Shown: positions 53,570-64,000 of the stretch, piece by piece
Layout of the letters: each line of letters opens with the position of its first letter
Position numbering within the stretch: position 1 is the stretch's first letter
Source of the DNA: Camelus ferus
Lineage: Eukaryota
NCBI RefSeq assembly: GCF_009834535.1
Contig: NC_045697.1
Coordinates: 72,852,001-72,916,000, forward strand
Reading direction: 5' to 3'
DNA length: 64,000 nt
Program-made: the position numbers and the translations under genes
The notes under the pieces: generated by a model
Databases searched by the model: none
The model's input: only the letters and a program-made list of their open reading frames with translations
What the model was told of the DNA's origin: nothing

Positions 53570-55810
53570 TTTTTATAAAAAAGATGCAAAGATAATGCAG
53601 AGATTTCACATGTACTTCATAACCCTGTCCTACTGTTAAAAACCTTACATTAGAATAATATATGTGTTAAAACTAATCAACCAATATTGATACATTATTA
53701 TAAACTAGAGTATATATTTTATTCAGGTTTCCTAAGTTTTTTACATAATGTCATTTTTCTGTTCCAGAATGCCATCTAGGCTACCTTAATGCATTTAGTT
53801 ATCATATCCTTTGGGCTCCTCTAAGCTGTAGAGTTTCTCAGGCTTTGCCTGTTTATGATGACGGTGTTTTGAGAACCACTGGACAGGTATTTCATAAAAT
53901 ACCCCTTAATGTGAGTTTATCAGATGCTCCTCTCATGATTAGTCTGAGGTTATGTGGTTTGTGGAGGTCAACCACAGAGATGAAGTGCCATTCTCATCAT
54001 ATGATATTAAGGGTGTGTGCTATCAATATGGCTTATCGCTGTTGGTGTTGACCTCGATCGCTTGACTGAGCTAGTGTTTGTCAAATTTAACTACTTAAAA
54101 TTTCCTCATGTTTTTCTCCCTGGCCCTATTGTTTTCTTTAGCAGTACTCACTATGCACAACGCATGCTTAGGAAGTTTGTGGTTATGCTTCTCCTTGAGG
54201 GTGGAGTAGCTACGTAAATTATTTGGAGTTCTTCCACATAAAAGGATGTTTTTCTGTTCCCTCCCCATTTATTTATTAATTAAGTCACTTATTTATATTA
54301 GTATAGACTCATGGATATATATTTTATACTTCGGGTTATAATTTAATACCAGTTTATTTTTATTTTCTTGCTGAAATTATTCTGGCTTTGGCCCTTGGAG
54401 ATCTTTTAGTTGGCTTCTCTGTCTCTTTGACAAATTACCATTTTGTTATTATTGTTTTTAGCATTCTTACTTTCTAACACTACAAGATGCTCTAGCCTCA
54501 TCCAGAGTATTTCCTGCTCCAGTTCAAGAATCAGACATTTAACTGAGGAGCCCTATTTCCTTTGATTGGAGAATGGTATTAGAAAATAAAATCTGGACTC
54601 TGAGTGTGTTTATTGCTACTAAACCGTTCTTGCTTCTAGACCCTCCCAGAGGACAGAGCAGGACAGTATTTGTGTATACACCAGCCTGTGTATATACCTA
54701 CATCGACAAATATTTCTATGTGTATCTATCTCTCTCTATTGGACTAAACATGGATTAGTATTAATGTCTCTAACCCAGTACTACAAGGATCTTTCTGCTT
54801 TTTCTTTACTCGTCCATATTGTTCCATTCCAACTGTGATAAACCTGAATCTCACCATCAGACATTAATTTACTTAGTTATTCAATTCCCTTATACCTGTG
54901 TTGTGATTTCAGAATTGTTAACTTGTACCTCTGTGAGAAAACAACTTTACCAATTAGAGTACAATGTTTATGTGTAGTTTCTTTTACCTTTAAACATACA
55001 ACTTCCAGTCATCGCCACAATTGCTCAGCTCAGAACTTTCTCTTCCACCCTCACAAATAAGGTTATTTAATATATTTTAATGCAATTAGATTCTTTTGTC
55101 ACAGTCTGCATTCCATTCTGGGATACTCTCAACCTCATAAGTGATTTTTAAATTTAAATTTGCATACATTAAGATTTGTGTTATGGTTGTAAATTATCAT
55201 GGGTTTACACGGGTGCAAAAAGTCATGTTAACTAGTATTACAGTATAACATATCTTGGCTCAACTACTCTAAAAATATCCTTCTACAAAACCCTGACAAC
55301 CACTGCAACCACTGATCTGTTTATCAACTTCATAGTTTACCTTTCCCAGAATGTCATAAAAATGGAATTATATGGCACTTCCAGACTGACTTCTTTCACT
55401 TAACAGTATACACTTAAATTCATCCATGTCTTTGTGGGGCATGATATTTATTGTTAATATTATTCCATTATGTGGATGTCTCACAGCTGGTTTATTCATT
55501 TTTCTGTGGAAGGACATCTTGATTTCTTGCAGTATTTTGTGATTATGAATAAAGCTGCTATAAGCATTGTGTACAGGCTTTTGTGTGGACATGAGTTTTC
55601 AAACAGTTGTGTAAGTATCTAGGAGGGCCATTGCTGGATCATGGTAAGACTGTGTTTTGCTTTATAAGATATTGCCAAACTGGCTCTCAAAATGGCTGTA
55701 CCATTTCACATTCCCACGAGCAATGAATGAAAGTTTTGTTGCTCTGAATTCTTGCCAGCAATTTTTATTGTTAGCTTTTTGTATTGTAGCTATTCTAATA
55801 TATATGTAAT
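53570..55810 (-). mobile_element. Old L1MC-like 3' region
   Basis: Long antisense L1M 3' UTR and ORF2 end (accactgatctgtttatc...ccagaatgtcataaaaatggaatt...tatgaataaagctgctataagcattgtgtacaggcttttgtgtggacat). Confidence 0.75.
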
Positions 55811-55819
55811 GCTTTATTT

Positions 55820-56191
55820 TTGGAGGAGGAATCTGGAATCTGAGTGGCTAAGTCACGTGGGGGCTGCATCGCTGTGTGACTGATCTCCAGTAAGAACTCA
55901 AGACATCAAAGCTCGAGTGAGAGTCCCTCGTTGGCAGCACTTCTCATGTGTTCTCACATGTCATTTCTGGGAGAATTAAGAACATGCCTGTGTGAATCCC
56001 TAGGGGAGGATACCTGGAAGCATGTGCCTGTTTTCACTAAGACTTTGCCCCATGTATCTTTTCCTTTGCTGATTTTCATTTGTATTCTTTCACTGTAATA
56101 ACCTTAGTTGTAAGTATAACAGCTTTTTCTGAGTCCCAAAAATCCTTCAGGGAATCATTGAGCCTGGGGGTGGTCATGAGGACTCCATTAC
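55820..56191 (+). mobile_element. MER77/MER68-like ERVL LTR, 3' half
   Basis: gacatcaaagctcgagtgagagtccctcgttggcagcact...ctgggagaattaag...ttttcctttgctgattt...gagcctgggggtggtcatgaggactccattaca. Confidence 0.7.
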
Positions 56192-56199
56192 AAACCCTT

Positions 56200-57390
56200 A
56201 ACATTAATCATAAATATTTTTATTTCTCTTCTGATAACTCCAACATGTGTGTATTGTCAGTTCTAGTTTAGATGATTGTGTTGCCTTTTCTGCGTAGATT
56301 TTTTTTTGCCTTTTTGCATACTTTTTGATTATTTTGCTGAGAGCTGTACACATTGTATTGAATAATAGGAATTAAACTAAGAAATAATATAAATAGATCT
56401 TTAGTGTGAGGATTTATGTGCATTTGTCTTACAGTTAGACTGTGTTTAATGATTATTGTAGCTATAGGTACCAGAAGCTTCAAATTCCTCTAATGTCCTT
56501 GTTTTTGTCTTAGAGGCTTCTCTGTATATTGTGTTTCAGAGAGAGTCTGCTTTGCAGCTCTTTCTGTTGTAATTACTGTTATTATACTGGAGCCTTTTTG
56601 CTGGAAGGGTAAGGTTTAGGGGAGGGAAAACTTTCTATAATCTTTTGATTAAATCTGTCTTTTAGTGGGACTTTGCCTTGGGCTGGCCTATGGCCTTCGC
56701 AAATGTTCTTGATCCTCTTCCAGTTTATAGGTTTTTTTTTTTTTTTTTGTAAACCTTGTCCACTATTCTCTTCCCTGTCTGCAGAATTCATAATTCATAT
56801 CCTTGAAGCCGTGTCCCTTGTTGATTATAGTTTTTCCCTATAGATGAGACAGAAGGTAGGAAGGGCTAGAGTGGGCAGGAATTCCCTTCACCCTGCTGAG
56901 ATAGGATTTCGGGATTTCAGACAAAGTTCTTTCCCCCTGGAGAAGACAGCTTTTGTCCGGAGGAGGTTTGGGGAGTGTTTCACACTGGTTACTCTTCCCC
57001 TCACCCAGAGCTACAAGAGGATCTTTCCTGGAGCCTCACAGTGAACACCTAGCAGCGTTCTTAGGGGATGCCCATGAAAGGATAAGTTCCTCTAAGACTG
57101 TAGCCCTATTCTCATGCTCGTCCATCCTCAGTCTCCGATAAGTCATCAGAATTACCATATGTTTCTTCAAATTTATAGCTCTGTATGCTTCTGCTTCAGG
57201 TAAGCAAATCTTATTTGTTGTATCTCTCTGAATGCACATTTCTCTCCACATTTTGGGGTAGCATTTGCCCTAGGATTTCAGTTCTCCAAATAAGTCCAAA
57301 CAAATTCATCAAATTTCAACTTGTCCAACTTTTTCTCATTGTAAGGATGAGAGTGAAGTCTTCCAAGATCTTTACATGTCAGAGCTGAAA
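56200..57390 (-). mobile_element. Old L1M 5'-region fragment
   Basis: Antisense L1M 5'/ORF1-proximal-like text (ctgataactccaacatgtgtg, gcttcaaattcctctaatgtccttgttttt, cttccaagatctttacatgtcagagctgaaac). Confidence 0.5.
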
Positions 57391-58822
57391 CTATTATTTT
57401 TAAAGGAATGCATAATTAGAATAGACTAAACTTTATATAAGCTTATTTAAAAATCAAGAAATGTCTTCTGGAAAGTTTATGTTGAATTGTGTAAACTTGA
57501 AACAGAAATAGAAAAGGCATTGTGTGTTTTAACACTTTGTTGTACTTGCCAGACAAGGAAGGGAATGGACATGGTTGTTTAGTGAGAAATATAACATATA
57601 ACTAGAGCTTGCAAATGTGGGTATTCTAGAGGGACCCAATGAGATTCTTTTATTTGAATAATACATTGAGAAGACTACGCCAGGTAGAAGACTGCAAGAT
57701 GTAATTGCACAAAGCAGCAAGAAGAGCAAAGCAGGACTCACCATATAACAAAAACTGTGGTGGTCAAGAGAAAATTATAACAAATCTTGGTGAATGAAGC
57801 CCAGCTTTTGAAAGTCCAGTATTTCCAAAAATGGCATTTTGGCTAAGCCATCTTATCTGTGGCTCAGTGTGCTTCATAATCCTTAGATGTGTTTTGCAAG
57901 AAGACATAACTGTTCAGTATACAAATACAAGTTTATAAGGTAAGGCATTTTTATTTTTTAAAATTTGATATAATTGCAGTTGTTTTATTTTTATATTTGA
58001 AACATCACTACTAATCTACTAATTAATAATATACTTTGCCACTAGATTAAGTATATTCAGAATTTTTCAGGCAAGTTTTTTTAAATTATAAATTGATTTT
58101 TTGAAAGTAAATTCATCTTTTCTAGTTTTTCAGAGAAAGAATGCTATTTCTAGCAACTGATGTTCAGAAAATATCTTTTGTAAAGTGAGTCATATTTTTT
58201 GAATCAGGCTGGCTCTTAGAATTTTTTTCTCTTACTTTCCAAGTTATTTAAAGATTCTCAAAAAGTATTTTTCAAGAGCTATTTAACATGAAAATGGAAT
58301 AACCATTCATTGATATGTTTTCAATGAGGAGTCTTTAGTTTCTATCTTTCTTTCTTTAACCCGGGATTTTATGACTAACCTGGGAATTTTGTTCCTTTTC
58401 ACAATTAAACAAAATTTTGTGCTAGCTATATTAGGAAAAAATAGTTTTTATATAAACAGCTATGTTTTAGCCTATTTTAGAAGTTCTTACTCTTATATTT
58501 GTCATTGTCAGTAATAATTAAAATTTCTTTTAAAAAATTCACAGACTATAATTGGTTCTACATGGGAAATGAAGACCAGCTGGGCATCAATGTTTTTCTT
58601 TTCTGAAGTATATAGGGATTGTTAAAGAATATTGCATATCTTTCAAGGTCCAGTTCAGGGCCAGTCTCTTCCATAAGGGTCTTTGTTGCTAGAGTAGCTT
58701 TCACTGATTTCTGCAATTCCTAAAATTCATTCAGATTCATAGCATATTTCCAAAATTTGGCAATTAATTTGTTTGCTTTTTAATATGATCTCTAGTTTTC
58801 ATATATTGTCATGCTATATCTC

Positions 58823-59378
58823 TGTGGGAGATATATTTTACAAAAATAGCTACACTAGTATTTCCCATCCTATATGTTCCTTGGTAATTTGATCTTGACA
58901 CTCTTCACATCCTCTTCCCTTGAATTCTAAGTAGGCTTGTAAGTCATTTCTAACCAACAGAATACAGTGGAAGTAATGCTGCATGACTGCAAAGGCTATG
59001 TCCCAAGCGGTGATCACCTTGTCACTGGGACATTTGCTTTTGGAACCCTGGAATTCTATTTAAGAAGTTTGATTACTCTGAGACAACCAGGTTATGAGGA
59101 AGTTAAGGCCTCATGAAAAGGTCATGTGGAAGTCTCAGCTGAGGCCCTACCAGACAGCCAGAACCAACTGCCAGACATATGAGTCAATAAACCTTCAGTT
59201 GATTCCACCCCAGGCTGTTGAATCAATGTCAGTCATCTAGTCTCCCAGCAGAAGCAAGCCATAACTGCTTGCTGCACCCCATCCAAACTCCTCATCCATA
59301 GAATTCATGAGAATAAAAAATAATTTTAGGTAACTGAATTTTGAGGTATTTTGTTATACAGCAATTGTAATTTGAACA
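58823..59378 (+). mobile_element. MLT1 (F/G/H-like) solo LTR
   Basis: TG...CA ends (tgtgggaga...aatttgaaca), typical MLT1 body (cagaatacagtggaagtaatgctgcatgact, ttttgaggtattttgttatacagcaat), and TSD atctc/atctt. Confidence 0.8.
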
Positions 59379-60119
59379 ATCTTAAATTATAGGAAAAGCT
59401 TTGGAAGGAAAGGGATATGTACTGCAATTATTCATTCCTATGTAGTCTGTAGCAAATGAGGGAGGAAATTTGCTCTACCCATCTTGCAAGCCATTCTGCC
59501 AACTACTGAGGAATTGTCACAGATTATTCAGATTTGAAGTCTCTGATGGAGCCATGATTGCAAGTTGGTGGAGCTCCTGAGCTAAAAGGTCATGCACAAA
59601 GGAGTTCTCTTTCTCCCTTTTGTGGTGAAGTGCTCAGGCTGGTCCCACACAGGATAACATCCAGGCATCTTACTTCGCTTTTACTCTCTTCTTCAAAGTT
59701 ACCAAAAAGATTCTGGTGAATTTCAAAGATTCAGGCCATGGCCCAGAAGGGAGAGAAGTTCCTTAAATCCTCTCTAGCTCATCTCTACATTATTCCTAAG
59801 GTTAGAGTTTGATGCTCAAATTCAAGTAGACTAGATTGTGCTCTGTTTCCTTTCATCATTCTTTATCCTGTGCTTTCAACTCCCCTGAAGCCTTCCCATT
59901 CTTGAAGGAAGGAGTGTGAGTGCCAGGGTTTTAGCTTTTGTGTGTCCATTAGTCAAATATTAACTTACTAATTCTTATTTCCAAAAGTAGGCAGAGATGC
60001 CCCATTAACTTCTAGTTGGAGAACTCACAAAATACTGGTTAATTAGTTGATCATCAGCAACCAAAGCATATTGCTTGGAAAATAATTGGGAATAATAATA
60101 AGAAGAAGAATAAAATTAG

Positions 60120-60350
60120 TATCTAGAATAAATTGAGAACTTTTTATCTGCTGGCCTCTTTGTAAACCCTTTGCATGTGTTCTGCCTTTAATAGCTCTGT
60201 CACACTTGTGAGGTAAATATTAGATAATATTTTAGAAGGCATGTTTCTATTTCAGACATGAGAAAACTAAGGCACAGTCATTTGTTGCAGGTCACACAGC
60301 TAGCAGCACTAAAATAAACCCAGGTATCTGACTGGATGAAATTACTTCCT
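60120..60350 (-). mobile_element. MIR
   Basis: tatttcagacatgagaaaactaaggcacag...caggtcacacagctagc...aacccaggtatctgact. Confidence 0.6.
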
Positions 60351-63224
60351 CAACCTATATTTTGCTGAGGATGGAAATAGATGGCTTGGGAAGATTGGAT
60401 TTTTATTGTTGTCCTTCAGGGATTAGTTATGTCTTCAAGCACATTTATGGTTACTACTAGAGTCTTACCCTGCTGGAAGACAAAATCTGAGAGTCAGAAA
60501 ATACTTCCATTTTTAAAGTACTTTCATTTATGAAAGCTTAAATTTAAAATTTTGAATACAAAGCATATATAGATTTTTACTACATAAAATTTACCCAGAC
60601 TAAACTATACATAAAATCGGTTTGTTTAGTGTAAGTCCAGTTTTTTGATCCTTTGGTTTATTATATCTTGTGGTCTGTGAGCTGATGTTTTACCTCACAG
60701 GTGTTAGTACCTTTGACTGACCTAACTGACTTTTGTCAATCTAACCTCAGCATGAAGGTAATATTTATTTATATATTTCCACCATTAAGTTGAAGGAATC
60801 TGGACACAGAACATAGAATGAAGTGAGTTACATGGAGGCAGGCGATAACCGTATCAAATACATAGTCATCACTGCAGTAATGCAGTTAGCCCTGAGAAAA
60901 TTTCTCATAGATTAAGCCGAGATGCCAAAGAGAATGGTATCATACGATTATATATTCTGATTCCTTTTTCAACTGTAAACATTTCTGCATACCACAATAT
61001 TTTGACCATCAACCACAGAGGCTGCTTTATATCAGGTAGTCACTTTATTTGTCCCACAAACTAATTTACAGTTGTCACTGAGCATTAAATAATGTCGTGT
61101 TAGAGACTTTGAGGGACTTCTGTGTTTTTCTCTACTTCATATAAATGTTTACAAGTTTTCTCTTTATGTTTTGGCTGTTTTTATTCCTAGTAGACTTACT
61201 TGTTAATGTATAACATGGTTTTGAGAAAAATTTGAGAAATGATCATTACATACACAATTAAGAAAACTGCTGTTAGTGGCATGCTTCGATTATAAATAAC
61301 ATCAATTCAAGGACTTAATAGACACTTAAAGAAATTTTTATAATGAAAATTACATATAAAAATGTTCAGAGGCAAAGTTTCAAAATAATAATATCAATAT
61401 ACTACCTTTTCATAATAAAAACCAGGGTGCAAAATTATATATTCTTGACAAAGTGATAAATTGACTTACATTTACTTCATTTCAAAGGCTCTACATATGA
61501 GATTTTTAAAAAATCCATAAACTGAAAGATATTGTTAATTTAAATACCCACCAGAGGTATGATAAATGAAGATACTGATTGTCAACAGTTGTGAAGTTTC
61601 AACAAGAACATGTGTCTAAATAACCAATTTTAAATTGGCTTCTCTTTTCCCCTTTTCCCTAGAACTCATAACAGGGCTATTATTTGGACTCTAAGTTCAA
61701 GGTAAGGGATGAGACAGAAATGATTGCATACCTTGGTATGCACGTGAGAATTGCCTTTCTTTTAAAGTAGGAAGCTTTATTTCAGCTCTGATTGGGAAGT
61801 TAGAACAGACAACTCTTTCCCATCAGTCTTGCCCAGTCTCTTCCTCTTCCTATGCATCTTTATTGTATTTCCTTAATGCTCTCTATATACTATCATTTTC
61901 TCTCCACTTACATTATTTTTTTGCCTTTTTCTCTTCTCTGTTTATTCATTCCACTTGTCCTCATCATTGTACATCTTTATCTTTTAAAGTAATCCATTAT
62001 AATAAAACAACTCAAGTATCATTTTATATATACTACTATAAAATGGGGGAAAATAATTATTCTTTAGTATTAAATATGGATTAAATAACATGAACACAAA
62101 GGATTACTATGAATCATTAGAGATAGCTGGTGAAAAAAAAGGAGCATAGGGCACTGAAAGGATTTTGAATTGTAAATTGACTTGGCCCTTTGGCATAACA
62201 CAATATTAGTCTATTGATAATAGTGAATAAGCAAAATAATAATTTAGTATAATAATTATAATAAGTCATAATTTAAAGAACTTAAGAATTTAATGAACTC
62301 CAGCTAATGCTTTGTTAGGTGCTGCTAAATTAGAAATTTTTTTTATTATCTCCAATAAATATAAAGTTATTGGCATAATTACTGTTTTCTTACAGACATT
62401 GAATACAATTTAAATAACTACAGAGTTCTGACTGGTAGTTCTCCAAGTCTTTTTGATTTGTCTTTTTCATTGTCAAAAGAGACAGCAAGTTTTTATTGTT
62501 CCCAGAAGAGTAAATATTTCCAAAGGTAATGATGAGGAAATCATTTTTGTTCAATTGTATCAATTCGGTATGAGTCTTACAATGCATTCATTTGTTGAAG
62601 TATTGCATCCATTCAGCTGGTATTCATTAAATGTCTCCTGTGTGGTGTGGTAGATACAGTTCAAAACATAGTAATATCTACCTCTTAAAACAAGAAAGAT
62701 AAGCAGTCACATTGGGAGGATTATCACATTAGACAGGTGTAAGGTTGAGTTGGGGAATAGTCTATGACTGCTACAGAAAGGGTAAAACACATTTCATGAT
62801 ATCAAAATTCTGGGCAAAGATTTTAGGGAATTTTTCTTCTAAAAGTTTCAAACAAAAAAGCAGGATATTTTAAACTTTAGATTATGTAAGTGCTACAAAG
62901 CAGTGTTAGAATTACAAATAAAACATGAATTGACATTGCCATGTACTTAGCATAACATTAAAATGCACAAACATAGAAATTGTTTCTAAAAGATACTTCA
63001 TAAGATTCATAAATGATTTTCCATTGATTTTATAATCGTTTTGTTTTTATCACAAAGGCTCTTTTCTATAAGAAAAGTTTCCATTTGTATTTCACTTTTA
63101 AGAGTTTTACTTTGATTTAATATCATAAATTTATAAATTATGCTTTATAATATATTCTATAATTAGGGAGGGAGGGTTGTGTGGAGGAAGATAGGTACAT
63201 AGCTTTAGTTACTAATTTGTTTTT

Positions 63225-63849
63225 GTTTATTTTATTTTTTATTAAAGTATAGTCAGTTTACAATGTTGTGTCAATTTCTGATGTACAGTGTAATATTCAG
63301 TCATACATATATTCATTTTCATATTCTTTTTCATTATGGGTTACTACAAGGTATTGAATATAGTTCCCTGTGCTGTACAGTATAAACTTGTTGATCCGTT
63401 TTATACATAGTAGTTCGTATCTGCAAATCTCAAACTCCCAGTTTATCCCTTCCCACCCCCTTGCCCTTTGGTAACCATAAGTTTGTTCTCTATGCCTGTG
63501 AGTCTGCTTTTGTTTTGTAAGTAATTTCATTTGCCTTTTTTTTTTGTTTAGATTCCACATATGAGTGATATCATATGGTATTTTTCTTTCCCTTACTTCA
63601 CTTAGAATGACAATCTCCAGGTCCATCTATGTTGCTGCAAATGGCATTATTTTATTCTTTGTATGGCTAAGTAGTATTGCATGGTATAAGTATACCACAA
63701 CTTCTTTATCCAGTCATCTGTTGATGGACATTTAGCTTGTTTCCATGTTTTGGCTATTGTAAATAGTGCTGCTATGGACATTGGGGTGCATGTATCTTTT
63801 CGAATTTAAGTTCCCTCTGGATATATGCTCAGGAGTGGGATTTCTGCAT
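63225..63849 (-). mobile_element. Young 5'-truncated L1 with perfect TSD
   Basis: ORF2 end MDLEIVILSEV plus 3' UTR. TSD ctaatttgttttt at 63212-63224 and 63850-63862, followed by aaa (canonical TTTT/AA endonuclease site). Confidence 0.93.
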
Positions 63850-64000
63850 CTAATTTGTTTTTAAAGCACCATTACTTTAACAATTGCTTCATGGTTATTA
63901 ATGTTCCTTGATATTTGTGAACAAAAAATGGTTTTATGATAATGGAAGTCACTGATAGTTGCTTATCCAATACCCAGTATTCCTACATTCTTTATTCATG

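Noticed and set aside
37766..63626. Numerous 60-160 aa ORFs in the upstream region
   Set aside because: They are fragments or antisense frames of decayed L1 ORF2/UTR, or low-complexity AT-rich ORFs. I found no spliceable gene model.

Overview
AT-rich mammalian genomic DNA carrying the 5' part of TACR3 (neurokinin-3/neurokinin B receptor, class A GPCR) on the minus strand. Coding exon 1 is at 28258-28805 (548 bp, inside a CpG island), exon 2 at 7014-7202 (189 bp) and exon 3 at 5085-5235 (151 bp). All have GT-AG splice sites and compatible phases, giving 296 uninterrupted codons; the remaining exons lie beyond the left edge. The ~35 kb upstream of the promoter shows no other recognisable gene and is largely old repeats (L2, MIR, MLT1, ERVL LTRs, MER63, L1M) plus several younger 5'-truncated L1 copies with visible target-site duplications (TSDs). 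The L1 3' ends and the lack of recognisable Alu, Bov-tA, PRE1 or Can-SINE elements suggest a camelid-like artiodactyl (inference). I found no wholly new multi-gene system. The best second-look items are: (1) a tailless retrocopy of the 5' half of tRNA-Cys(GCA), ending at the anticodon and flanked by a 19-bp direct repeat; (2) a perfect 13-bp estrogen response element ~20.5 kb upstream of the TACR3 ATG; (3) an L1 whose own 3' end is replaced by an older L1M-type end inside a single TSD; (4) a twin-primed inverted L1 1.4 kb upstream of the ATG; (5) a fossil retroviral protease (LLDTGAQYTVIP). Repeat family names come from visual recall of consensus sequences, and most repeat boundaries are approximate.
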